Positions 8,717 through 17,894 of a stretch of 64,000 nt of DNA are shown piece by piece (within the stretch, counting starts at the first letter, position 1; every line of letters starts with the position of its first letter). Under the pieces are notes generated by a model. That model searched no databases, had not been told where the DNA came from, and worked only from the letters and a program-made list of their open reading frames with translations. The stretch lies in contig CAWVWT010000003.1 of NCBI GenBank assembly GCA_963934015.1, forward strand, positions 28,354-92,353, read 5' to 3'. The translations under genes and the position numbers were made by a program. The stretch comes from an uncultured Candidatus Poseidoniales archaeon (lineage in GTDB: Archaea; Thermoplasmatota; Poseidoniia; Poseidoniales; Thalassarchaeaceae).

Positions 8717-11299
8717 TTACGCACACAAATTCCGAAGATGTTCTACAACCAATTCGGCTGTTGGAATGGTGTAATCTTCAAGTGTTGGGGCGAATGGAAC
8801 AGGTGTGTCAATCGCGCCAATCACCACAGCGGGGGCCTCTAGGCTCCAGAAGCATTGTTCCTGAATTCGACTGCTGATGGTGTGTCCAAGCCCCCCTGTG
8901 TATTGGGCTTCCTGCAATACGAGCAAGCGCCCAGTTCTTGCGACACTGTCTACACAGGTTTCAGAATCGAATGGCGCGAGGGTCCGTAGATCTATTACTT
9001 CGATTTCCTTTCCTTCGTTCGCAAGTGTTGAAGCCGCTTTCAGGGCAACATGCACCATGGCGCCCCACGTTACGATTGTAGCATTACTTCCACCGCGAAC
9101 AATGTTGGCCTTACCAATTTTGTAAGTACCTCCTGACTCTATTTTTTTAGCAACACCATCGGTATCGACTTGCATGTGGATCCGGTCTCCCCATCCAGTC
9201 ATACCACCACGCAATCCATACATGCCTAGGTGTTCAAGGAAAACCACCGGGTCAGGTAATGCAGCCGCTTCGACCAAGAGGTCGTAAGCATCCTGTGGGT
9301 TGGATGGGAAGACGATTACCAGGCCTGGGTCATTCATGAACCATGATTCAATCATGTTGGCATGAAATGGGCCACTCCGTGTTTTTGCACCGAGTGGAAT
9401 TCGAACAACCATCGGCACATCGGCTCCCCATCTCCATCGAAGTTGTGCTGCGTTGTTGATCAGTGCGTTCATTGCGAGGGCTGCAAACCCTCCGAACTGA
9501 ATTTCTGCCACAGGTCGCATACCCCCGAGCGCCGCTCCTGTTGCAGCGTGGATAATCACAGCTTCAGAGAGGGGCATATCCAGCAACAAATCTGAGTGCC
9601 CCTGATTCTTGAGTGGAACATTCATTCCGAATGCACCGGATATTTCCATATCTTCGCCCATGAACACGGTCGATGCACCATATCTCTCGGCAATAGCAAC
9701 CATCGCATTTTGAATGGCTCGTGAATATGACCAGGCATTCGCTTCATCTGAGAATTCAAGGGTCAATTGACCTGCTTCTACTGGTGAATCATTTACCTTG
9801 GCAGGAGTGGATAGGCGGTCTAGTTGCATACGATGTGAATCTGCATCGTGAAGGCTGGTGACCCCATGGCGAACACTGTCACCTTTTGGCCAAGGCATAT
9901 CCTCCATCGCAGCTCTACCTGCATCGACATAGGCTCTCTCTTCCTCTTCCATTTGTATTAGGGTCGATTCCTCAATACCCATCTTACGTAATACTGCGCG
10001 ATGGTTTGGAAGTGGGTCCTTTGCTTCCCAATACGCCAGTAAATCCTTGTCGACATATCCTGAAGGCGTTCCACTTGGTGCCCCTAAGTAGAGATCGTCG
10101 TGGTGGTGTGCGTGTCCACAACCACGCATGGTTTCAACGTGAATCAATACGGGCCCGCCACCACCCAAAGCAAATTCTCGAGCCACGGCTACACTGGAAT
10201 GGAAGTGGAGTGGGTCTGCACCATCGATGGTCCATGCAGGCATACCCATGGCCACACCTTTGTCACCCCAAGTTTCGACCGCAGATTGTCCAACGACAAA
10301 TGTGTCTAATGCAATTTGGTTGTTTTGAATCATGAATGCAATCGGCAACCCTCTAGCTCCTGCAAAGTTCATTGCTTCCCAAAATTCCCCCGAGGATGAA
10401 CACCCTTCACCAACGGGTGCTAATTGAAATCGGTCTATTCCCAATCGTTGACTAGCAAGTGCAATACCAGTGGTTGTCGCACTGGCAATCGGTAGTGGCG
10501 CAGTCGGTGGCAATACGCCTAGAGAAAGGTCGCCGATGTGTAGGTCTCGCCCCCCCGCCCCTTCTCGTCCGCCATTCATCAGAGAGTTTGCTTTACCAAC
10601 TTGGGTAGCGAATAAATCAGTCGGGGTTTGTCCCATCGCCATGGCCAACCCAATATCACGAATCATCGGTGCAACGATATCCCCTGTATGTTGCAATCCC
10701 GCGGGTTGATCCTTGGCCAAATTCAGAGCTGTGGCGCAGGCGACAATGCCTTCTTGCCAGGTCGAGCGAAACCCCTTGCCGCCAAAACGGCTCCCCTCGG
10801 GTGTTTCGACCCCTGTCATGAAGATGTCTTTGAGATGTTCATCGAGTATTCGCGTTCGAGTCATCCAGCGCTGCCATTCAAAGCGCTGGTCTAGGGTCAC
10901 AGTCGCTGCATGGGCTACCCTGCGTAAACACAGGCGCACATCTAGAATGAAGCGTTGGGTTCGCCTGGACAAGTGCAGTAAACCACCGCGACGAGGAATG
11001 ACTTCAGTGGTCATGATTCCAGCTTCTTCAGCACGACTCGAAAGATTCTCAGACAGTTTCTGGACAAATGTTTCACTGAACAAATGAAAATTAGGTCCAT
11101 CGAGTGCTTCCATTGAATATTCCTCACTGGCTTCATCGAACAACCAGCCTACTAGACGTAGATGTCCATCATGGCGCTCGGCGATAAATCTGATTATTTC
11201 ATCCTTCAGGTCACCGATTGAAACATCAGAAGAGAAATCCAAATGGCTTCGCGGTTTCCAATCGGAACCCCATATATTCGGCAGTTCAGATTGTGTCAT
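8717..11299 (-). CDS. Fused 2-oxoacid dehydrogenase E1 component (alpha + beta in one polypeptide) with N-terminal extension
   Basis: TPP-binding motif GEGCSSSGEFWEAMNFAGARGLPIAFMIQNNQIA in the alpha half. The beta/transketolase-like half carries FMGEDMEISGAFGMN ... DMPLSEAVIIHAATGAALGGMRP ... and a C-terminal transketolase_C-like region. About 120 aa precede the alpha domain. Confidence 0.85.
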   Translation of the reverse strand: MTQSELPNIWGSDWKPRSHLDFSSDVSIGDLKDEIIRFIAERHDGHLRLVGWLFDEASEEYSMEALDGPNFHLFSETFVQKLSENLSSRAEEAGIMTTEVIPRRGGLLHLSRRTQRFILDVRLCLRRVAHAATVTLDQRFEWQRWMTRTRILDEHLKDIFMTGVETPEGSRFGGKGFRSTWQEGIVACATALNLAKDQPAGLQHTGDIVAPMIRDIGLAMAMGQTPTDLFATQVGKANSLMNGGREGAGGRDLHIGDLSLGVLPPTAPLPIASATTTGIALASQRLGIDRFQLAPVGEGCSSSGEFWEAMNFAGARGLPIAFMIQNNQIALDTFVVGQSAVETWGDKGVAMGMPAWTIDGADPLHFHSSVAVAREFALGGGGPVLIHVETMRGCGHAHHHDDLYLGAPSGTPSGYVDKDLLAYWEAKDPLPNHRAVLRKMGIEESTLIQMEEEERAYVDAGRAAMEDMPWPKGDSVRHGVTSLHDADSHRMQLDRLSTPAKVNDSPVEAGQLTLEFSDEANAWSYSRAIQNAMVAIAERYGASTVFMGEDMEISGAFGMNVPLKNQGHSDLLLDMPLSEAVIIHAATGAALGGMRPVAEIQFGGFAALAMNALINNAAQLRWRWGADVPMVVRIPLGAKTRSGPFHANMIESWFMNDPGLVIVFPSNPQDAYDLLVEAAALPDPVVFLEHLGMYGLRGGMTGWGDRIHMQVDTDGVAKKIESGGTYKIGKANIVRGGSNATIVTWGAMVHVALKAASTLANEGKEIEVIDLRTLAPFDSETCVDSVARTGRLLVLQEAQYTGGLGHTISSRIQEQCFWSLEAPAVVIGAIDTPVPFAPTLEDYTIPTAELVVEHLRNLCA

Positions 11300-11367
11300 C
11301 TTAGTACCTCCGAAACCTTCGACCGGGGTAGGGCATACAAAGGATACGGGTGCCTTCCTTCGCGCAT

Positions 11368-12156
11368 CTAAATCACTCCACCATCATCGATAACATCCCC
11401 TAGTGCACGCATTGTGACCCGAGTTACCACCACCGTGGCAACCAATGTCGCCACCAATCCCCCGACCAACATTGCAAGCGCTCCTGACGATTCAGAGAAT
11501 GTGGTGAATCCTCCATCCTGAAGCGCGAGTTGTCCAAAAGACCAGCCATAGTATGAGTAGACCACACAATAGACAATGCTTGCACTATTCGAGATTGTGA
11601 ATGTTTTGAGGTTGACAGGTCCTGCTGCTAGGATGTAGTTTAACCACTCATCTGGGATGATGGGCGAAAGTCGAACCAATACTGAAATTCGCAAACTCTC
11701 ATCGCCGAGTGCGGCATCAATACGCTGCAATTTCGTGTTGTTCGAAATCGCTTCAACAAGTCCATCTCGAAATAACCAGCGGCCAAAAATGAAAGCACCA
11801 AGTCCGCCGATCATCGTGCCGACAAAGTTGACTAAAATAGCGGTGTGAAGGGGAAAAATCGCACCTGCAAAAATTTTGATTACAGGGGTTGGGACGAGTA
11901 GAGTTACTGCTATAGAAAGGCCGATTATGAAGCCAAACAATCCAAATGGGCCCGCTTCCTCAAAGATATTAATCACAAGTTCGTAATTCTTCAAAAGAAA
12001 GAATCCACATGCAACACAAATAGAGATGAAAATCAGCCCTAGCCCCACTCTCCATCGGTGCTTTCCGAGTTGACTTTGCTTGAGATGTTTGACATAATCG
12101 CGTCGTTCAGTAAACCCTAAATCCCTTGAAGCGGATGAAATACCTACCATTTTCAT
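11368..12156 (-). CDS. TVP38/TMEM64 (DedA-related, VTT-domain) membrane protein
   Basis: 5-6 TM helices. The segment FAGAIFPLHTAILVNFVGTMIGGLGAFIFGRWLFRD ... RLSPIIPDEWLNYILAAGPV fits the SNARE-associated/VTT pattern. Its ATG overlaps the stop of the upstream receiver gene by 4 nt. Confidence 0.65.
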   Translation of the reverse strand: MKMVGISSASRDLGFTERRDYVKHLKQSQLGKHRWRVGLGLIFISICVACGFFLLKNYELVINIFEEAGPFGLFGFIIGLSIAVTLLVPTPVIKIFAGAIFPLHTAILVNFVGTMIGGLGAFIFGRWLFRDGLVEAISNNTKLQRIDAALGDESLRISVLVRLSPIIPDEWLNYILAAGPVNLKTFTISNSASIVYCVVYSYYGWSFGQLALQDGGFTTFSESSGALAMLVGGLVATLVATVVVTRVTMRALGDVIDDGGVI

Positions 12157-13154
12157 TCCTCTTCATCAGGGGCTTCGGGAAGCGCTTCAAGGCAATCCAC
12201 AACCATTTGCTGGGCATCTTCCAATTGAGTGGAGTACATCCCCAAGTGTTCTCGAACGGGAACCCCCATGTCCCAGAAGAGATCTCGGATGATTTCGAGT
12301 GAGAGCCTGGTCATTTGCAATGAGTTCGGGTCGACAGGGACCATGCCTGTAAATTTAGTCAAAATAGCGATTTCATCGGGCGGGTCCAGCAACCGTTCCA
12401 ATTGCTCATCTAACTCACTTTCGATTACCTCTGCCTGTGATTCCATGGCATCGATGAGTCTTGATCTTCGTTCGGATTTGGCGGCTGCAATGGCGGCCTC
12501 CCGCTCTTCTTCTGGTAAGCTTTCATCAATATCGATACTGACTTCTGCCCCTAGAATCAATTCATCAAACGCCATCCTGAGAAGCCGTTCCAATACATCA
12601 TGCCCGATTGTGATATCCTCATCCATTCGCGAAACTAAATCATCAACAAAGGCGGTATCGATAGCCCCTTCGCCTAGTAATTCTTGCAATATTGGAAGTG
12701 ACCACGAAGGGTCACCTGGTGTCACACTGACCTCAAAGAACCCACTGCCACTGCCGGTGCGGATTACTGCAGGGGGTTCTACGAAGAGTTTTTTCGAATG
12801 TTTGTCCAACTGGACGAGCAATCTGTTCATGTCAACTGGTTTCCCCATGACTTCAGACACACCAGCTTTGGCGGCAGAAACCAAATATTCTTCACTTATA
12901 TTTGTGGAAAGTATGACGATTCTACATTTGAGGTCAAATTCAGGGTCGGATGATAGGCGACTGGCTGTATCGATAGCATCACCTGTTTTCCATTCGCCAT
13001 CGATGAGGACAACATCCGGCATTGTTGCCAGTGCTGTCCCTTCACATTGGCGCAAGGTTCCAGCACGCGTTACAGAGTATTCTTCACGATCAAGGGTGCC
13101 TGCAAGGAGGTTACGGCGCCCCTCTTGTTCATCTGCTACGATAATAGATGCCAT
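12153..13154 (-). CDS. Orphan CheY-like receiver-domain protein with uncharacterised acidic C-terminal domain
   Basis: Residues 1-120 carry the receiver hallmarks: IIVADEQ (acidic pocket), VVLIDGEW (phospho-acceptor Asp), VILST (Thr/Ser) and GKPVD (Lys-Pro). Residues about 125-333 have no motif I recognise and end in DEEE. Confidence 0.7.
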   Translation of the reverse strand: MASIIVADEQEGRRNLLAGTLDREEYSVTRAGTLRQCEGTALATMPDVVLIDGEWKTGDAIDTASRLSSDPEFDLKCRIVILSTNISEEYLVSAAKAGVSEVMGKPVDMNRLLVQLDKHSKKLFVEPPAVIRTGSGSGFFEVSVTPGDPSWSLPILQELLGEGAIDTAFVDDLVSRMDEDITIGHDVLERLLRMAFDELILGAEVSIDIDESLPEEEREAAIAAAKSERRSRLIDAMESQAEVIESELDEQLERLLDPPDEIAILTKFTGMVPVDPNSLQMTRLSLEIIRDLFWDMGVPVREHLGMYSTQLEDAQQMVVDCLEALPEAPDEEE

Positions 13155-13215
13155 GAGAACGGCCTACGGCCGTTAGTGACGACCTTTGAACATGGCCCTT
13201 CCTGAAGTGTGAATA

Positions 13216-14331
13216 TCAGTACTTTGGGATAGATGAATCAATCTCGGAATGCCAAGCATGGATGCCACCTCCAAGGTTGAAAAGTTTAGATGGGTCATGG
13301 CCTGTTTTGGAAAGTGCATAAGCAGCCATTGCCGATCGACCCCCTGTCCTGCAATACAAAACAAGGTCGCGATTTTTTGGTAAATCAGCCATCAAGATAT
13401 CCTCATGTGGAATCAATAAATTGGTGTCAGGAAGGGTGACAATACTCGCTTCAATGTCATTTCGTGTGTCAATAAATAGCGGGTCCCAACCCTGTTCACG
13501 CCGTGCGCGGTATTGCGTTGGCGATATTTCAGCAAACGGCATCGCCATTGGCTTGACACCACAGAATCCATCATAATCAATCAGTTTGGTAATCGGCTCT
13601 CTTTCGATGGCTGAAAAACTCAACGTCCGCATCGTCATGTCGAGTGCGTCGTAAATCAGAAGTTTCCCGCGTAAAGTTTCACCAATGCCGATTAGAACCT
13701 TGATGGCTTCAGTTGCTTGGATGGAACCGATTACACCAGGTAGAACACCCAGTACACCTCCCTCTTCACAGGAGGGTACAGATTCGGGCGGAGGTGGGGT
13801 TGGAAACAAATCACGGTAGGTAGGTCCGCCATCCATATTGAACACAGAAACTTGACCTTCAAATCGATAGATGCTTCCATAAACCCAAGGTATGCCAAGT
13901 AATTCACAAGCATCGTTGACCAAGTAGCGTGTGGGGATATTGTCGGTTCCATCGACTACAATATCGTGTCCCTCCAATAGTTCCAAGGCATTTTCAGATG
14001 TCAATCGAACCGAGTAAACAGTCACTAAAATTGTTGGGTTCAAGTCACGCAGTCTTTTCATTGCTGAATTTGCTTTGGAAGTCCCTACATCATCATCATC
14101 GTGCAAAATTTGTCTCTGTAGATTGCTACGCTCGATCGTATCATCATCAATGATTGTGATATGTCCAATCCCGGCAGCAGCAAGGTAGAGGAGAGCCGGT
14201 GAACCAAGGCCCCCTGCCCCTACACAGAAGACTTTCGAAGCCTTGAGTTGAACTTGACCGGCTTCACCAATCTGGGGCAAAGTCAGATGCCGCGCGTAAC
14301 GGGCCCTATCCTCGGGGGTGAGGTCCACCAT
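13216..14331 (-). CDS. moeB: MoeB/ThiF/UbaA-type E1-like adenylyltransferase fused to a C-terminal rhodanese domain
   Basis: RYARHLTLPQIGEAGQVQLKASKVFCVGAGGLGSPALLYLAAAGIG (nucleotide-binding), RSNLQRQ, CEEGGVLGVLPG, and C-terminal rhodanese with the active-site loop VLYCRTGGRS. Confidence 0.85.
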   Translation of the reverse strand: MVDLTPEDRARYARHLTLPQIGEAGQVQLKASKVFCVGAGGLGSPALLYLAAAGIGHITIIDDDTIERSNLQRQILHDDDDVGTSKANSAMKRLRDLNPTILVTVYSVRLTSENALELLEGHDIVVDGTDNIPTRYLVNDACELLGIPWVYGSIYRFEGQVSVFNMDGGPTYRDLFPTPPPPESVPSCEEGGVLGVLPGVIGSIQATEAIKVLIGIGETLRGKLLIYDALDMTMRTLSFSAIEREPITKLIDYDGFCGVKPMAMPFAEISPTQYRARREQGWDPLFIDTRNDIEASIVTLPDTNLLIPHEDILMADLPKNRDLVLYCRTGGRSAMAAYALSKTGHDPSKLFNLGGGIHAWHSEIDSSIPKY

Positions 14332-14340
14332 ACCCTTCGC

Positions 14341-15291
14341 TCAGTGAACGTTGTCTTCAATCCAACGCTCTGCATCTATCGCTGCTGCACATCCTTGCCC
14401 AGCCGCAGTAATTGCTTGACGGTAGCGTGTATCGACAACATCGCCGGCTGCAAATACACCGGGTACATTTGTCATCGTGTGCTCGGTATGGACCAGATAT
14501 CCTTCTTCATCAGTCTCTACTTGGCCATCGAGGAATTTTGTAATCGGCTTGTGCCCAATCGCGATGAATGCACCCGTACATGCGATTTCGTGTTCACTTC
14601 CATCGCGTGGGTCTACTAGCACAGCTCCTGTGAGGCCCTTTTCATCGGACAACCATTTCTTGACTTGGCGGAAGGTTTGGATTTCGATCTTTGGATGATT
14701 TGAAGCACGGTCATACATGACCTTGGAAGCGCGGAATACGTCACGTCGATGCAACAGGGTTACCTTAGAAGCAAATCGGGTCAGGAAGGTCGCTTCTTCC
14801 ATGGCGGAATCTCCTCCTCCGATGACCAAGATTTCTTCATCGCGGAAAAATGCACCATCGCAGGTTGCGCAGGTGGATATCCCACGTCCTTTCTGGGCAT
14901 CTTCGCCTTCAGCCCCCAACCAAATTGCTTCAGCACCGGTGCATATGATGATTGCATTGGCAAAGAACTCCTCACCTTCTGTCTCAACCTTGAATGGGCG
15001 TGAACTAAAATCGACACTACCGACATTGCGATCTTGAACCTCAAGCCCAAAGCGTTCTGCTTGTGATCGTAAATCCATCATCATCTCGGGGCCACCGATT
15101 CCTTCTGGATAACCTGGGAAATTTTCGACATCACTTGTGAGCATGAGTTGCCCACCGGACATGTATCCTGCAAACATCAGCGGGTTGAGCATTGCACGTG
15201 CTGTGTATAGGCCGGCAGTGTAGCCTGCAGGTCCTGAACCAATGATGATGACATTGCGAACATCCTCGCCCATAAAGTGACGGGCGCGCAC
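14341..15291 (-). CDS. trxB: Thioredoxin-disulfide reductase
   Basis: VIIIGSGPAGYTA (FAD), redox-active CATCDG, VIGGGDSAMEEA (NADPH) and GVFAAGDV. The start is either the GTG at 15291 or the ATG at 15273. Confidence 0.9.
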   Translation of the reverse strand: MRARHFMGEDVRNVIIIGSGPAGYTAGLYTARAMLNPLMFAGYMSGGQLMLTSDVENFPGYPEGIGGPEMMMDLRSQAERFGLEVQDRNVGSVDFSSRPFKVETEGEEFFANAIIICTGAEAIWLGAEGEDAQKGRGISTCATCDGAFFRDEEILVIGGGDSAMEEATFLTRFASKVTLLHRRDVFRASKVMYDRASNHPKIEIQTFRQVKKWLSDEKGLTGAVLVDPRDGSEHEIACTGAFIAIGHKPITKFLDGQVETDEEGYLVHTEHTMTNVPGVFAAGDVVDTRYRQAITAAGQGCAAAIDAERWIEDNVH

Positions 15292-15399
15292 GACATCTCT
15301 TCAATCTTGACAGTGGACACCCACAACTATTTTTTCAATTTCAATAATCAGTAGGCCACACTGTTGATAAGTGGTAATACAATAATCGTTACGAATTCG

Positions 15400-16431
15400 A
15401 TGGATACAACCCTTGAGCCCGAATCGATTGGTAGCGATGGCTTACCCATCATGCCAGCCCCGCCTGCATGGTACTGGATGTTGCTCGGTCGAATCATTGT
15501 CCTGTCCATCGTCGGTTTCTCTCTGTGGTACTATCAATTTGAATCCCTCATCGTTGTCATCGTTGTCTTCATTCTTGTCGTTCCGATGGAGAAGATATTC
15601 CCACGACATCCAGATCAGAATGTTCGTCGGCCCAAGTGGAAACTCGATGTGGCATATGCACTTTCATCCCCCTTCCTCAACTTCTTCGGCGTCATTTTCG
15701 CAGTAATCATCAGTATTTTCTCATTCACTTGGGCTCTTGGCCTCATCGTCAGGTATTTCGGCTTGGTTGAAATGATTCCGGGCTACATCCAACCTATCGT
15801 TGCATTCCTTCTTTTCGACTTCTTCGGTTATTGGGCGCATCGTTGGTATCATGAAGTCCCTGAACTTTGGAAATTCCATTCAATCCACCATTCACCAGAA
15901 CACATGGATTGGATTAGTGGATTCCGCGTCCATCCAATGGATCTTGCCTTGATTGGACCCGGTTTCTTTTTCCTGCTTTTCTCTGGATTTAGTCCGGAGA
16001 CAAGTGGGATTTTGGCACTCTTACAAATCATTACTGGTTTGTTTTTACATGCCAATGTGAGTTGGAAGTTACGCCCTTTGCATCGTCTGATTCCTACCCC
16101 TGAATTCCACCATTGGCATCATGCCAACGAGAAGGAGGCACACTGTTCCAATTACGCAGGTTTCCTCCCGCTATGGGATATCGTGTTTGGGACATATTAC
16201 ATGCCCGCTGACAAACGCCCTGAAAAATATGGGGTCGATGACACTCTACCCACTGGAATGTTGGGTCAATTGACATATCCTATTCAAGACTGGAGCAACC
16301 CATTGCGTTTCATCATTCACCCATTCAGAACGATTGGTTCTTGGTGGCGATTTTCAAAACGAGTTATGAGGGGTGTTTGGTATTCTACATTCCGAAAACG
16401 GGGACCTTATCAGCCGCCATTTCGCGATTAG
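15400..16431 (+). CDS. Fatty acid hydroxylase / sterol desaturase superfamily membrane protein
   Basis: Di-iron histidine boxes WAHRWYHE, HSIHHSPEH and HHWHH sit in a multi-TM protein. The ATG at 15400 is preferred over the TTG at 15364. The 3' end overlaps convergent ribH by 4 nt. Confidence 0.75.
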   Translation: MDTTLEPESIGSDGLPIMPAPPAWYWMLLGRIIVLSIVGFSLWYYQFESLIVVIVVFILVVPMEKIFPRHPDQNVRRPKWKLDVAYALSSPFLNFFGVIFAVIISIFSFTWALGLIVRYFGLVEMIPGYIQPIVAFLLFDFFGYWAHRWYHEVPELWKFHSIHHSPEHMDWISGFRVHPMDLALIGPGFFFLLFSGFSPETSGILALLQIITGLFLHANVSWKLRPLHRLIPTPEFHHWHHANEKEAHCSNYAGFLPLWDIVFGTYYMPADKRPEKYGVDDTLPTGMLGQLTYPIQDWSNPLRFIIHPFRTIGSWWRFSKRVMRGVWYSTFRKRGPYQPPFRD

Positions 16432-16826
16432 GACATCGATGCGATAGCCGCAATTGCCGCACGAGCATGCGGTTCTAATCGAGGTCCGATATGTTCGGGT
16501 TCGGCCCCTGGGCCAATGATGCCGAGTCCAACTGGCTTGTCCCAAGTAAGTTGTAAATCGATGATGCTCTTGATGACAGATTGACCCATGGCAAGTCCGT
16601 GTTGAGTTTGCCCCTTCTCGATAATCCCGAGGCAGGCAGCACCGTGAATTTCTTCTTGACCCAACAATCGACCTAGTGCCAAAGGCACTTCCATCGCACC
16701 TGGGACCCAGGCCACTTCAGAAACTGTAAGGCCATGCTTACTTGCTTCATCAGTAGCGTATTCAAGCATCTTTGAGACTTCGTTTTCATGGAATTTTCCG
16801 CACACGATTGCAATATTCATTTTCAT
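16428..16826 (-). CDS. ribH: 6,7-dimethyl-8-ribityllumazine synthase (archaeal short form)
   Basis: VPGAMEVPLALGRLLGQEEIHGAACLGIIEKGQTQHG...IIDLQLTWDKPVGLGIIGPG aligns with the VPG..e.PLA.kkLl...DAV..lG.VI.G.T.H......I.dL.l....PV.lGI.GPG core of archaeal lumazine synthases. It lies in the riboflavin operon. Confidence 0.8.
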   Translation of the reverse strand: MKMNIAIVCGKFHENEVSKMLEYATDEASKHGLTVSEVAWVPGAMEVPLALGRLLGQEEIHGAACLGIIEKGQTQHGLAMGQSVIKSIIDLQLTWDKPVGLGIIGPGAEPEHIGPRLEPHARAAIAAIASMS

Positions 16827-17416
16827 GCCTCCTTGTTCGCAATCAACCGCTTCGTGGTCTCGACGATCGCCTGTGTCATCGCATCGATTTCAATATTGAC
16901 ATGGTCACCAACTTCTTTGCATCCGAGCGTCGTGAGCCTCAGAGTTTCAGGGATGATGTGTATGCCAAAGCTACCTCGCCCATCTGTCTTACCCACTGTT
17001 AGAGATATTCCATCGACAGCGATGTATCCTTTTTCTTGAATATATTCAGCCATTTCTGTAGGGCATTTGATTGTATAATCTTGATCAATAATGTCTACAA
17101 TCTCTGCTGTACCCATGATGTGACCACTCAACAGGTGACCCCCCAATTCTTCACCAAACTTTAGAGCGCGTTCTACATTGACATTAGAGCCGGAAGATAG
17201 GGAGCCCAGCGTGGTTCTTTCCAGTGTTTCAGGGATGATGTCGAAAGTTACGGTATTACCGACGGATGTTGCTGTCAGGCAAACGCCATCGATGGATACA
17301 GACCCTCCAATTTCGAGACCTTCGATAGATGGAATCTCAATTCCGATGGTCACGATAGATTCCCCTTGAACTGATTGGACACAGCCTGTTCCCTGAACGA
17401 TTCCAGTAAACATCAC
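16823..17416 (-). CDS. ribE: Riboflavin synthase, alpha-chain (bacterial/eukaryotic RibE/RibC type)
   Basis: Starts MMFTGIVQGTG. A two-fold internal repeat is present (second half GHLLSGHIMGTAEI), with VSIDGVCLT / IAVDGISLT lumazine-binding repeats. Confidence 0.85.
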   Translation of the reverse strand: MMFTGIVQGTGCVQSVQGESIVTIGIEIPSIEGLEIGGSVSIDGVCLTATSVGNTVTFDIIPETLERTTLGSLSSGSNVNVERALKFGEELGGHLLSGHIMGTAEIVDIIDQDYTIKCPTEMAEYIQEKGYIAVDGISLTVGKTDGRGSFGIHIIPETLRLTTLGCKEVGDHVNIEIDAMTQAIVETTKRLIANKEA

Positions 17417-17877
17417 TCTGCCCCCTCAATCTCTTCTTTTCGCCTTTGAGCCCATTGTAGGGTCAGAATTTTGTCAATGATTTTCCGGGTTCCATCCAAA
17501 TCTTCAGTCAACCCTTCTACTCGAACCAGTTTGATATTCTCAAATCCGCGTTCATCTAGGCCAGCGCGTATGGCTGTTTCAGCATGTTCTTGGTCATAGC
17601 CTATGGCAATGATATCTGGTTTAACCATCGGCAGAATGTCGTACATTGGCACAGTGGGTGGATTGCCAACCATTGCGTGGTCCACCGGTTTGAGACCAGC
17701 GACCATTCTCTTCCGCAAGTCCTGAGTAGTGACGGGTTCATGTTTACGCATACGCACTGTATCATCATGTGCCACGATGACTGTTAGATGCTCACCCAAT
17801 GCTTTGGCTTGCTCTAGATAGTGAAGATGACCAGCATGGAGGAGATCAAAAACGCCGACTGCCATCACTCGTACCAT
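17413..17877 (-). CDS. ribL: Archaeal FAD synthetase (FMN adenylyltransferase, cytidylyltransferase-like)
   Basis: MVRVMAVGVFDLLHAGHLHYLEQAKALG carries the (H/T)xGH nucleotidyltransferase motif, and the protein is about 150 aa, as for RibL. The ATG at 17877 is preferred over the TTG at 17898. Confidence 0.75.
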   Translation of the reverse strand: MVRVMAVGVFDLLHAGHLHYLEQAKALGEHLTVIVAHDDTVRMRKHEPVTTQDLRKRMVAGLKPVDHAMVGNPPTVPMYDILPMVKPDIIAIGYDQEHAETAIRAGLDERGFENIKLVRVEGLTEDLDGTRKIIDKILTLQWAQRRKEEIEGAE

Positions 17878-17894
17878 TGTACCCCCCCATTCCT

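Noticed and set aside
12229-13176. 315-aa ORF on the plus strand almost fully antisense to the receiver-domain gene
   Set aside because: It is Ser/Arg-rich low-complexity translation (SSSGKLSSISILTS...), typical of the reverse complement of a Glu/Asp/Leu-rich gene. It has no motif and no independent start context. The minus-strand gene has clear receiver motifs.
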